From contig CAVYYX010000001.1 in assembly GCA_963772825.1 (NCBI GenBank), forward strand, positions 53,976-117,975: 64,000 nt of DNA. The letters run 5' to 3'. Numbering within the stretch: position 1 is the first letter of the stretch; every line of letters starts with the position of its first letter. This document shows, piece after piece, positions 27,990 to 37,515 of the stretch. Source of the stretch: Ilumatobacteraceae bacterium. Lineage in GTDB: Bacteria > Actinomycetota > Acidimicrobiia > Acidimicrobiales > Ilumatobacteraceae. The notes under the pieces were generated by a model. The model did no database searches. It saw only the letters and a program-made list of their open reading frames with translations, and was not told the DNA's origin. The position numbers and the translations under genes are program-made.

Positions 27990-30900
27990 TTGGATCCGAT
28001 GGGATTCGCCTGCTCGTCGTGCGGAAAGCCCGTCCCGTCAGGCTCACGCTTCTGTCCGTCGTGCGGGACGCCTTCGGAGAACGCGACGATCGCCATCGAA
28101 GAGCGCCGGGTCGTCACCGTCCTGTTCGCCGACCTCGTGGGCTACACGTCACTCGCCGAACACCGCGATCCCGAGGCGGTCACCCGGCTGATCGAGTCCT
28201 ACTTCCAGCCGTTGGTGGCCGAGATCGAGGAGTTCGGCGGCCGCGTCGACAAGGTGCTCGGCGACGCCATCATCGCCCTGTTCGGAGCGCCGGTCGCCCA
28301 CGAAGACGACGCCGACCGCGCCGTGCGCGCCGCCCTGCGCATGCAGGAGACGTTCACCCGCCTCGTCGCCGAGCACACGGGCGACGCGGCCGACGAGGTC
28401 GAGGAGGTCGACCCCGTTGGCGACATCCAAATGCGCATCGGCATCAACACCGGCGAGGTCCTCGTCGGCACGATCGCCGGATCCGACTACACGGCGATGG
28501 GCGACGTCGTCAACACGGCATCGCGCCTGCAAGCGCTCGCTCCGCCCGGGAGCGTGCTGATCGGCGAGGCGACCGAGGCGCTGTGCTCTCCGGCGATCAC
28601 CCGCGAGCCGTTCGGCGTCACCCCGATCCGCGGCCGCCAGCAGGCCGAGCAGCCGTGGATCGTCACGGCGGCAACCGCGGCCGGCTCCCGGCCGGTGCGC
28701 TGCGACATCCCGTTCGTCGGCCGTGCCGACGAGCTGGCCCTCCTCGATACGACGATCTCCCTCGTGCGTTCCGGACACAGCGGCGTGGTGTCGATCGTCG
28801 GCGAGCCGGGGTGCGGCAAGACGCGCCTCGCCGACAGCATCGTCACCAAGCTCGCCGACGAGGCGATCGTCCTCGAGACGGCGTGCTCGCCGTACGGCGA
28901 GACGAGCTTGTGGTCGCCCTTGCGCAACGGACTGGCGACGCTGCTCGCCCTCGAGCCCGACGCCGGCCCCGATGACGTGCGGCGCAACCTCGAACAGCGC
29001 GCCGACGACCTGTGGTCGCTGAAGCCGGGCGACGAGCTGCTCGAACAGCTGCTCGGCGTGATCGCCTACCTGTTCGGCCACCCGTCCGACCTCGACGAGC
29101 TCGACCCGGCCGGGGCCCGCGATCGCATCACCGGTGTCGTCACCGACGCGATGCGCTGCCATGCCCAGACGCGGATGACGGTGCTGTGGGTCGACAACCT
29201 GCAGTGGGCCGACCCGAGCGTGCGCGACCTCCTCGCCGTCGTCGTCCGCTCGCTCGCCGACCTGCCATTCCTGCTGATCACCAGCCAGCGCCCCGACGAC
29301 GACCTGTTGTGGCCACCGCCGCTGCTCGACAGGTCGCTGCTGCTCCGCGTGCCGCTCGGTCCCCTCGCCGTCGGCGACGCCGGTGCGCTCGTCCGCATGC
29401 TGCTCGAACGCGATGGCGGCCCCGACCTCCCCGTCGACACGCTCATCGACGACCTCGTCGACCGGGGTGGCGGCAACCCGCTGTTCCTCGTCGAGCTCGC
29501 CGCCCTCGCGGTCAGCGCACCCTCGCAGTCCAACCTGCCGGGCTCGTTGCGCGCCCTCATCGCCGCCCGCCTCGACCAGCTCCCGCCGGCGCGGCGGGCC
29601 ATCGTCGACAACGCCGCCGTGCTCGGACCGAGCGGGTCGATCAAGGCCCTCGAACATTTCGCCACGTCGATGCACCAGGAGTTCTCGAACGGCGATGCGA
29701 TCGAGCTGGCTGCCGACGGAATCTTCGAGCTCGACGGTGGCTGGTGGCGGTTCCGCAGCGATGTCGTCCGTGAGGTCGCCTACCAGACGCTCACCAAGCG
29801 CACCAGAGCGCAACGCCACGCCGGCGTGGCGATCGCCCTCGCCGCCGAGAAGGGTGAGTACCTCCATCAGGTCGAAGACCTCGCCCACCACGCCGCCACC
29901 GCGGCCGAGCTGATCGGCGAGGTCGGCCGGGTTCCCGGAGTGCCCCGATCGCTGCCCAGCCACGCCGTGCACGCCCTGCACAAGGCCGCCAAGACGGCGC
30001 TCGAAGCGGGCCGCGCCGAACACGCCATTCGCCATGCAGGGCGGGCCCTCGCCCTGTGCCAGGCCGACCCCGACACCGAACGCGAGCTGCTGCTCATCCG
30101 GGCCACCGCGGAGATCGACATGCGCCAGTTCCCGGCGGCCAACGCCGACGCCCGGAACGCCCTGCAGAGCGCCCTTGCCGACGACGACGAGCTGGCCGAG
30201 GGCGAGGCCCGGCGGCGGCTCGGCACCGTCGCCCACATGCAGGGCGACCTGTCCACGTCGCGCCGCCAACTCGACGCGGCCGTCGACATCTTCCGCAGGG
30301 CCGGTGACGACAAGCGACTCGCCAACGCACTGCGGGCGCGCGGCTTCGCCGAGGTGTTCGGCGGCTCGATCCCGGCGGCCCGGACGTACCTCGGCGAGGC
30401 GATGTCGCTGTTCGGCACGCTCGGCGACGAGCGCGGCCAAGCGTGGGTCGGCCACAACCTGGCGTGGGCCGCCTTCCAGGGTGGCGACTTCGCCGACGCC
30501 GAGACGCTCCTCGGCGAATCGCGGCGACGCTTCGACCGGCTCGGCGACCGCGTCGGTGGCCACTGGGCGGAGGGCCTGCTCGCCTACGTGACCTACTTCC
30601 AGCGTCGTTTCGACGAGGCCGAGGCGCTGGCGTCGGCGGTGATCAGCGATGCCAAGCGTTGGGGCGACTCGTGGGCGTTGCTGATGATGCAGACGCTGAT
30701 GGCCAACATGCGCCTGTGGACCGGTCGAATCGCCGAGTCCGAGGCGCTCGCCGAACGGGCGCTCGCCGGGTTCCGTGAGTCCGATGACCGCTACGGCGTG
30801 ATGAGCGCGCTCGGACCGCTGACCCGGGCCCAGGTTGCCCTCGGCAAGAGCGCCGACGCCCAACGCGGCGCCGAGGAGTCGATCAGCCTCGGCCACTCGT

Positions 30901-31466
30901 TCGGCGAGCTCGGCCTCGCGTTACAGGGCGCCGCCGCGGTGGCGATGCACCTCGGCGACGCCCAGCAAGCGCTCGTGCTCTCCGAGCAGGTGCTCGCGCG
31001 ACACCATGCGATGGGCGCTTCCGACGGCGAGGCGATCGTCGTGCGCTCGCTGGCGCTCAGCCAGCTCGGCAGGGCCGACGAGGCGCTGGCGTCGATCGAG
31101 GCGATCGACGTCGAGGACTTCCCGTTCGGCCAGGCGGCGCGGGCCCTCGTGCGCGCCCTGGTCGGCGACGCCGAGGGCGCGCACTGCGATGCCGAAGCGG
31201 TCGAGCGGGCCGCCGGCGCCAGCTACTTCGACCGGGCCGTCGCCTGCCTCGGTGGTGTTGTGGCAGCCCTCGGCGCCGACGACTCGGCACGCCGCCGGCA
31301 CTGGTTCGAGCAGCTGCGGACGATCGCCACGAACGCCGGGGACACGGTGTTCCTCGGCCTGACCCAAGCCTTGGCACGCGAGCCGGCGAACATCCCCGAC
31401 TCGCTCGGCGAGGGCTGGAAGCGGATCGTCGAGCTGGCGACCGCCACCCCGACCCGGTCCGGTTGA
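27990..31466 (+). CDS. Zinc-ribbon + class III adenylate/guanylate cyclase + P-loop (STAND-like) ATPase + TPR-repeat protein
   Basis: CSSCGKPVPSGSRFCPSCG. Cyclase motifs VTVLFADLVGYT, GDAIIALFGAP, IGINTGEV, GDVVNTASRL. Walker A GEPGCGKTRL. Long helical repeat C-terminus. TTG 27990 or ATG 27999 start. Confidence 0.9.
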   Translation: MDPMGFACSSCGKPVPSGSRFCPSCGTPSENATIAIEERRVVTVLFADLVGYTSLAEHRDPEAVTRLIESYFQPLVAEIEEFGGRVDKVLGDAIIALFGAPVAHEDDADRAVRAALRMQETFTRLVAEHTGDAADEVEEVDPVGDIQMRIGINTGEVLVGTIAGSDYTAMGDVVNTASRLQALAPPGSVLIGEATEALCSPAITREPFGVTPIRGRQQAEQPWIVTAATAAGSRPVRCDIPFVGRADELALLDTTISLVRSGHSGVVSIVGEPGCGKTRLADSIVTKLADEAIVLETACSPYGETSLWSPLRNGLATLLALEPDAGPDDVRRNLEQRADDLWSLKPGDELLEQLLGVIAYLFGHPSDLDELDPAGARDRITGVVTDAMRCHAQTRMTVLWVDNLQWADPSVRDLLAVVVRSLADLPFLLITSQRPDDDLLWPPPLLDRSLLLRVPLGPLAVGDAGALVRMLLERDGGPDLPVDTLIDDLVDRGGGNPLFLVELAALAVSAPSQSNLPGSLRALIAARLDQLPPARRAIVDNAAVLGPSGSIKALEHFATSMHQEFSNGDAIELAADGIFELDGGWWRFRSDVVREVAYQTLTKRTRAQRHAGVAIALAAEKGEYLHQVEDLAHHAATAAELIGEVGRVPGVPRSLPSHAVHALHKAAKTALEAGRAEHAIRHAGRALALCQADPDTERELLLIRATAEIDMRQFPAANADARNALQSALADDDELAEGEARRRLGTVAHMQGDLSTSRRQLDAAVDIFRRAGDDKRLANALRARGFAEVFGGSIPAARTYLGEAMSLFGTLGDERGQAWVGHNLAWAAFQGGDFADAETLLGESRRRFDRLGDRVGGHWAEGLLAYVTYFQRRFDEAEALASAVISDAKRWGDSWALLMMQTLMANMRLWTGRIAESEALAERALAGFRESDDRYGVMSALGPLTRAQVALGKSADAQRGAEESISLGHSFGELGLALQGAAAVAMHLGDAQQALVLSEQVLARHHAMGASDGEAIVVRSLALSQLGRADEALASIEAIDVEDFPFGQAARALVRALVGDAEGAHCDAEAVERAAGASYFDRAVACLGGVVAALGADDSARRRHWFEQLRTIATNAGDTVFLGLTQALAREPANIPDSLGEGWKRIVELATATPTRSG

Positions 31467-31470
31467 CGGA

Positions 31471-32604
31471 TCAGTTGGAGTCGGGCATCTCGTCGCCGAA
31501 ATTGACGCCGAGCTCGCGGGCCGTGAGCATCGAGTCGCAATCGAGCGGGACCGACTTCATCCGCTGGGTCGCCTCGGACAGCGGGACGTAGTCGACGGTC
31601 GGCGGGTTGAGCGACACCATCACCCCGTCGTAGCCGGCGGCCAGGCCGCGCACGGCGGCGGCGCCGAAGCGCAACCCGAGGACCCTGTCGAACGCCGTCG
31701 GCGAGCCGCCGCGCAGCAGGTGGCCGAGCACGACGGTGCGGGCCTCCTTGCCGGTCAGCTCCTCCAACCCGGCGGCGACCTTGGCGCCCATGCCGCCGAG
31801 CTTCTCGGCCTGGTCGACGGCCTTGCCGAGCGTCGAAACCTGGCCGCCCTCGGGCACCGCGCCCTCGGCGACGACGACGATCGAGAACTTGGCACCGCGC
31901 TCCTCACGCTGCTCGATCGTCGCCGCCACGGGCTCGAGGCGGAAGGGGATCTCCGGGATGAGGATGGCGTGGGCGCCGGAGGCGATGCCCGACTGCAGGG
32001 CGATCCACCCGGCGTAGCGGCCCATCACCTCGACGACGATCACGCGTCCGTGCGATGTCGCCGTCGAGAACAGACGGTCGATGCACTCGGACGCGAAGCT
32101 GACGGCCGTGTCGAAGCCGAACGTCTGGACCGTCTTGTCGAGGTCGTTGTCGATCGTCTTGGGCACCCCGATGACCCGCAGGCCGGCCTCGTGGAGCCGC
32201 TTGGCGATGTTCAGCGAGCCGTCGCCGCCGATCGTGACCAGGGCGTCGATGTCGCGGATCGCGAACAGCTTGACCAGCTCGTCGGTGCGATCGACCTCGA
32301 TGTACGAACCGTCGGGCTGGCGTACGGGATACGCCGTGGGATTCCCGCGATTGGTCGTGCCGAGGATCGTGCCGCCGAGATGGACGATGCCGCGCACCGC
32401 CTCGCGGGACAACTGCACGATGCCGCCGTCGCGGTAGCGCTCCGGGTACATCAGCCCGTTGAAGCCGTCGCGGATCCCGACGACGTCCCAGTCCTGGTTG
32501 CGGCCGGCGAGCACGACGGCGCGGATCACGGCGTTGAGGCCCGGGGCGTCACCACCGCCCGTCGACACGGCGATCCGCTTGATCGGACGCCGCGGTTCCT
32601 CCAT
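31471..32604 (-). CDS. pfkA: 6-phosphofructokinase
   Basis: IAVSTGGGDAPGLNAVIRAVV, IGGDGS, PKTIDNDL, MGRYAGWIAL. Start at ATG 32604 (MEEPRRPIKRIAV). Confidence 0.9.
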   Translation of the reverse strand: MEEPRRPIKRIAVSTGGGDAPGLNAVIRAVVLAGRNQDWDVVGIRDGFNGLMYPERYRDGGIVQLSREAVRGIVHLGGTILGTTNRGNPTAYPVRQPDGSYIEVDRTDELVKLFAIRDIDALVTIGGDGSLNIAKRLHEAGLRVIGVPKTIDNDLDKTVQTFGFDTAVSFASECIDRLFSTATSHGRVIVVEVMGRYAGWIALQSGIASGAHAILIPEIPFRLEPVAATIEQREERGAKFSIVVVAEGAVPEGGQVSTLGKAVDQAEKLGGMGAKVAAGLEELTGKEARTVVLGHLLRGGSPTAFDRVLGLRFGAAAVRGLAAGYDGVMVSLNPPTVDYVPLSEATQRMKSVPLDCDSMLTARELGVNFGDEMPDSN

Positions 32605-32650
32605 CGGGCCAGCGTAGGTCGCCAACCGCGCCGGCACCCGACCACTCTGC

Positions 32651-32687
32651 GTAAGCGTGTAAGCCCGCTGAGGGTTTACACGCTTAC
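32651..32687. terminator. Hairpin GTAAGCGTGTAAGCCC-gctga-GGGTTTACACGCTTAC (copy of the 35941 element)
   Basis: 16-bp stem with one G-T pair. Lies just downstream of the rnhA stop on the minus strand. Confidence 0.6.
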
Positions 32688-32696
32688 TCGACGGGT

Positions 32697-33153
32697 TCAG
32701 CGGGGGATCGCCGCGACGGCGAGCTCGTCGACGAGGTCGTTGAGGCGGTCGCCGCTGTGGCCTTTGACCCAACGGAACGTCACGGGGTTGGCCTTCACGA
32801 GGGCGACGAGCGGTGCCCACAGGTCGGCGTTGGCCACGGGTTTGCGCGCCGTCGTGCGCCAGCCGTTGGACTCCCACTTCGCCCACCAGCGATCGCGGAA
32901 GCAGTTGACGACGTACGTCGAGTCCGACACGACGTCGATCGGCACGCCCGGGTGAGCGGCGGTCAGCGTGCGCACCGCCTCGAGGGCGGCGCTGATCTCC
33001 ATCCGCTGGTTGGTGGTCGTCGAGCTCGCCGCCCGCCGCCGACGGGATGCCCTCCGGCGCCACGGCCCACGCCCAACCGCCCGGGCCGGGGTTCCCGGAG
33101 CACGCCCCGTCGGTGTACACGATGATCCGGTCGGCGGCCTGCACGGACCGCAA
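32697..33153 (-). CDS. rnhA: Ribonuclease HI, frame broken once near 33019-33033
   Basis: The N-terminus IIVYTDGACSGNPGPGGWAWAV is in one frame. TNQRMEISAALEAV...VVSDSTYVVNCF...WVKGHSGDRLNDLVDELA is in another. The span is 457 nt. Confidence 0.8.
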
Positions 33154-33206
33154 GCTACCGCCGGGTAGGTGGTCGGGACCGAGCCACTAGCTGCGAGACT
33201 GTCGGC

Positions 33207-35933
33207 ATGATCTTCGACGGCTACGTCCACCAGCTGCCCGACACCGATCCGGGCGAGACGCAGGAGTGGCTGGACTCCCTCGACGCCGTGATCGACGTTC
33301 ACGGCAAGACCAGGGCGCGCTACCTCCTGTCCACGCTCCTCGACCGGGCGCGGCAGGCCCAGGTGTCGTTCCCGGCGACGGTGTCCACTCCCTACATCAA
33401 CACGATCCCCCGCGAGTCGGAACCGTGGTTCCCCGGCGACGAGTACATCGAGCGGCGGATCCGGGCGTTCGCCCGCTGGAACGCGGCGATGATGGTCGTC
33501 AAGGCGAACAAGGCGGCCGACGGCATCGGCGGCCACCTCTCCACCTACGCCTCGTCGGCATCGCTGTACGAGATCGGCTTCAACCACTTCTTCCGCGGCA
33601 AGGACGACGGCACCCCGGGCGACCAGATCTACTTCCAGGGCCACGCCGCCCCCGGCATCTACGCCCGGGCGTTCCTGGAGGGCCGCCTCGAGGCCGAGGA
33701 CCTCGACCACTTCCGCCGCGAGATCGGGCGCACCGGGCGCGGCCTGTCGAGCTACCCGCACCCGCGGTTGATGCCCGACTTCTGGGAGTTCCCGACGGTG
33801 AGCATGGGCCTCGGCCCGATCACCGCCCTCTACCAGGCCCGCTACAACCGCTACCTGATGGCCCGCCAGCTCGCCGACACGAGCCAGAGCCGGGTGTGGT
33901 GCTTCCTTGGCGACGGCGAGTGCGACGAGCCCGAGACGCTCGGGGCGCTCGGCTTGGCCAGCCGCGAGCACCTCGACAACCTCGTCTTCGTCGTCAACTG
34001 CAACCTCCAGCGCCTCGACGGCCCGGTGCGCGGCAACGGCAAGATCATCCAGGAGCTCGAGGCCGTGTTCCGCGGGGCGGGCTGGAACGTCATCAAGGTG
34101 ATCCTCGGCTCGAAGTGGGACGAGTTGCTCGCCGCCGACAAGGACGGCGTGCTGCTCAACAAGCTGAACACCACCGTCGACGGCGAGTTCCAGCGCTACA
34201 GCACCGAGAGCGGCGACTACATCCGTGACCACTTCTTCGGTCCCGACCCGCGCCTGCGCGAGATGGTCGCCCACCTCAGCGACGACGACCTCGTCACCCT
34301 GCCCCGCGGCGGCCACGACTACCGCAAGCTGTTCGCCGCCTACAAGGCGGCCACCGAGAACCTCGGCTCCGGGGCGCCGACGGCGATCCTCTGCAAGACG
34401 ATCAAGGGCTGGACGTTGGGGCCCGACATCGAGGGTCGCAACGCCACCCACCAGATCAAGAAGATGAACAAGGAGCAGCTGCTGCGCCTGCGCGACCGGC
34501 TGTACCTCCACGAGGAGATCCCCGAATCGGCGCTCGACGGCGATGCCGCCCCGTACTTCCGTCCGGCCGAGGACTCCATCGAGTACCAGTACATGATGGA
34601 GCGGCGGCGGGCGCTCGGCGGCTCGATCCCCAAGCGCGTCGTGCGCTACCGCAAGCCCGCCCCGCTGCCCGGCGACGCCACGTTCGCCGAACTGCGCAAG
34701 GGCTCGGGCGGCCAGGCCGTGTCGACGACGATGGGGTTCACCCGGCTGCTGCGCAACATGTCCCGCGACGCCGAGTTCGGCACGTACGTCGTGCCGATCA
34801 TCCCCGACGAGGGGCGCACGTTCGGGATGGACTCGTTGTTCCCGCAACTGAAGATCTACGCATCGCAGGGCCAGCTGTACGAGCCGGTCGACCACGACCT
34901 GCTGCTCAGCTACGCCGAGTCGAAGACCGGCCAGATCCTCGAGGAGGGGATCACCGAGGCCGGCTCGACGGCGAGCTTCATCGCCGCCGGCACGGCGTAC
35001 GCCACGCTCGCCACCCCGACCGTGCCGTTCTACACGTTCTATTCGATGTTCGGCTTCCAGCGCGTCGGCGACCTCATCTGGCAGGCCGCCGACTCGCGGA
35101 CCCGTGGGTTCCTGCTCGGCGCGACCGCAGGGCGCACGACGTTGCTCGGTGAGGGCCTGCAGCACCAAGACGGCCACTCGCTCGTGCTCGCCTCGACGGT
35201 TCCGGCGTGCCAGGCGTACGACCCGGCGTTCGCCTTCGAGGTGGCGACGATCGTGCAGCACGGGCTGCAGCGGATGTTCGGCGACAACGGACCCGACGCC
35301 GCAGATCCCGATGTCTTCTACTACCTCACGCTGTACAACGAGAACTACCAGATGCCGGCGATGCCCGAGCACGTCACGCCCGACGACGTGATGCGCGGGC
35401 TGTACCGCTGGAGCGAGCATCCGGAGGGTCCTTCGCGAACGGCGACGCTGCTGTTCTCCGGCACCGCCCAGGGTGCCGCCCTGGAGGCGGCCGAGGAGCT
35501 CAAGAGCAACTGGGACGTCGGGGTCGAGCTGTGGTCGGCGACCTCCTACAAGGCGCTGCGCGAAGAGGCGCTGCGGACGGAGCGGTGGAACCGGCTCCAT
35601 CCGAGCCAGGAGCCCCGCGTGCCACTCGTGGCCGACCTGCTTGGCGGACAGGACACGCCGGTGATCGCCGTCACCGACTTCATGAAGATCGTCCCCGAAC
35701 AGATCGCCCGCTTCCTGCCCGGTCGGCACTTCGTCCCCCTCGGCACCGACGGGATGGGCCGCAGCGACACCCGCGAGGCCCTGCGCCGGCACTTCGAGAC
35801 CGACACCGGTCACGTCGTCGTCGGCGTGCTCAGCGCCCTGGCGGCGCACGGCTCGGTCGACGTCGCCGACGTCGACAAGGCGATCGCCCACTACGGCATC
35901 GACGCCGACCTGCCCGACCCGCGAGACCTGTAA
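33207..35933 (+). CDS. aceE: Pyruvate dehydrogenase E1 component (homodimeric AceE type)
   Basis: 908-aa intact ORF with characteristic ETQEWLDSLD, GGHLSTYASSA, FLGDGECDEPE and NCNLQRLDGPVRGN. Confidence 0.95.
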   Translation: MIFDGYVHQLPDTDPGETQEWLDSLDAVIDVHGKTRARYLLSTLLDRARQAQVSFPATVSTPYINTIPRESEPWFPGDEYIERRIRAFARWNAAMMVVKANKAADGIGGHLSTYASSASLYEIGFNHFFRGKDDGTPGDQIYFQGHAAPGIYARAFLEGRLEAEDLDHFRREIGRTGRGLSSYPHPRLMPDFWEFPTVSMGLGPITALYQARYNRYLMARQLADTSQSRVWCFLGDGECDEPETLGALGLASREHLDNLVFVVNCNLQRLDGPVRGNGKIIQELEAVFRGAGWNVIKVILGSKWDELLAADKDGVLLNKLNTTVDGEFQRYSTESGDYIRDHFFGPDPRLREMVAHLSDDDLVTLPRGGHDYRKLFAAYKAATENLGSGAPTAILCKTIKGWTLGPDIEGRNATHQIKKMNKEQLLRLRDRLYLHEEIPESALDGDAAPYFRPAEDSIEYQYMMERRRALGGSIPKRVVRYRKPAPLPGDATFAELRKGSGGQAVSTTMGFTRLLRNMSRDAEFGTYVVPIIPDEGRTFGMDSLFPQLKIYASQGQLYEPVDHDLLLSYAESKTGQILEEGITEAGSTASFIAAGTAYATLATPTVPFYTFYSMFGFQRVGDLIWQAADSRTRGFLLGATAGRTTLLGEGLQHQDGHSLVLASTVPACQAYDPAFAFEVATIVQHGLQRMFGDNGPDAADPDVFYYLTLYNENYQMPAMPEHVTPDDVMRGLYRWSEHPEGPSRTATLLFSGTAQGAALEAAEELKSNWDVGVELWSATSYKALREEALRTERWNRLHPSQEPRVPLVADLLGGQDTPVIAVTDFMKIVPEQIARFLPGRHFVPLGTDGMGRSDTREALRRHFETDTGHVVVGVLSALAAHGSVDVADVDKAIAHYGIDADLPDPRDL

Positions 35934-35940
35934 AGCCCGT

Positions 35941-35985
35941 CTGTGTAAGCGTGTAAGCCCGCCGAGGGCTTACACGCTTACACAG
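35941..35985. terminator. Perfect 20-bp hairpin CTGTGTAAGCGTGTAAGCCC-gccga-GGGCTTACACGCTTACACAG between convergent genes
   Basis: The perfect inverted repeat was read directly. Each arm contains a tandem GTGTAAGC duplication. Confidence 0.7.
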
Positions 35986-35994
35986 AGATTCGGA

Positions 35995-36615
35995 TTAGTC
36001 GCGGACGACCGTCTCCTCGTAGTAGACGACGTCGTTGGCGGCGAACTCGTCGGCGGTGTCGACCTCGGTCGGCTGGTACAGCGAGCCGAGGAAGAAGCCG
36101 TAGATGAGGTGCCAGGCGAGGATGGCGAAGGGCAGCTTCCAGCCGTCGGGACCGTCGAACAGGAACAACCCGTAGCCCTGGTTCGGCACGTAGGCATACG
36201 GCAGGAGCAGGCCGGCGCTGATGATCGACATGATCACGGAGTAGAGCAGGCCGATCGAGATGTTGCCGCCGTTGCTCCGCTTCAACCTGGGGAAGAACTC
36301 GCGGAACAGGATCCCGTAGAGCAGTCCGAACACGATTCCGTTCACGAAGTGCAGGGCATGTCCCGTGAAGAACGACTCCCCCGACGTGGCGAAGACGGGG
36401 TCGAAGGCGCCGGTCGCAGTCACCCCGTTGAGACCATCGGCAAACGTGGTGCCGAGGATGCCGTTGTAGAGCGGCCACGGCAGCACCGGCAGTCCGACCG
36501 CCGGGAACACGTACCCGAAGTACGTGCCGAGCTGTGTGGCGATGAAGGCGACCACCGTCAGGGCGGCGATCGACTTGGTGTCGACGAATTGCTGCCAACG
36601 CACGGATGGCTTCAT
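35995..36615 (-). CDS. Integral membrane protein, function unknown
   Basis: ATG 36615 (MKPSVRWQQF) is preceded by GAGGGGGGA. Five or six hydrophobic helices. Confidence 0.5.
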   Translation of the reverse strand: MKPSVRWQQFVDTKSIAALTVVAFIATQLGTYFGYVFPAVGLPVLPWPLYNGILGTTFADGLNGVTATGAFDPVFATSGESFFTGHALHFVNGIVFGLLYGILFREFFPRLKRSNGGNISIGLLYSVIMSIISAGLLLPYAYVPNQGYGLFLFDGPDGWKLPFAILAWHLIYGFFLGSLYQPTEVDTADEFAANDVVYYEETVVRD

Positions 36616-36736
36616 CGTTCCCCCCTCGTGAACCGCAGGTGTCCACGACGTGGACACGGTACCACACTGTGGGCACACCTTCAGGGGGATCGACCCGAGG
36701 CCGGAGCGATCAGGGGGCCGGCGAACTCGGGCAGAT

Positions 36737-37507
36737 TCACGGCCGGTAGTCGGCGTGGCGATCGACGCTCATGTAGATGTCGTTGGCGATCGGATCGACC
36801 GCCTCCTCGGCGAGATGTCCGAGCAATCCGGCGCAGCGGGCGAGCAGGGCGACGCCGCGCACGACACTGAGCGGGATCCCGGCGTCGGCGAGCGCCGCCC
36901 CGCACACGCCGGCACCGTTGAGCGGCAGCGTCTTGCCGATGACGCCGGCGTGGGTCCTGCCGATCGCCGCGAACAATTCGAGGTGCGGCCCGTAGCAGTC
37001 GTTCTCGCGGGCCAGGGCGAAGAGCACCGGCGTGCGTGGATCGCCGAGCTTGTGCACCGGATGGCCGAGTCCCGGAACGAAGCGACCGGCCGCCTTCGTC
37101 GCCGTGACGGCGTCGGCCGCCACGGCGTCCCAGCCGGCTTCGTCGACCGGCAACGCATCGAGCGCCGCGATGCAGCCGTCGAGGTAGACGGCGGTGTCCT
37201 CCGTGACGCCGAGGAACCGCGACCCGCCGCCGAGCAGACCCGCGGCCAGGGCACCCTGCACCGACTCCGGGGCACTGAGCAGCGTGACGCGGGCGGCGAT
37301 CGCAGTCGGCGTGAAACCGTGGTCGGCCAAGGCGACGAGGACCGCCTCGAACATCGTGCGTTGCTGTTCCGTGGGGCGGCGCTTGGTGATCAGCCAATAG
37401 GCGAGCTCGCCGAACGTGATCTGTCCGATCAGCTCGCCGGCGAGGTCGTGGCCGAGCAGGCGGATGTGATCGGCGTCGGAGTCGCCGAGTCCGGTCCGGA
37501 ACGTCAT
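36737..37507 (-). CDS. Short citrate-synthase-like protein (citryl-CoA lyase family)
   Basis: 256 aa. Citrate-synthase catalytic-domain motifs GLGHPVHKLGDPR and TLPLNGAG, without the large N-terminal domain of true citrate synthases. Confidence 0.7.
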   Translation of the reverse strand: MTFRTGLGDSDADHIRLLGHDLAGELIGQITFGELAYWLITKRRPTEQQRTMFEAVLVALADHGFTPTAIAARVTLLSAPESVQGALAAGLLGGGSRFLGVTEDTAVYLDGCIAALDALPVDEAGWDAVAADAVTATKAAGRFVPGLGHPVHKLGDPRTPVLFALARENDCYGPHLELFAAIGRTHAGVIGKTLPLNGAGVCGAALADAGIPLSVVRGVALLARCAGLLGHLAEEAVDPIANDIYMSVDRHADYRP

Positions 37508-37515
37508 CGGCTCGT

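Noticed and set aside
31471-33153. A 560-aa ORF that looks like one large protein.
   Set aside because: It is the pfkA gene (start at 32604), plus read-through of the intergenic hairpin region, plus the out-of-frame tail of the frame-shifted rnhA N-terminus. It is not a fusion.
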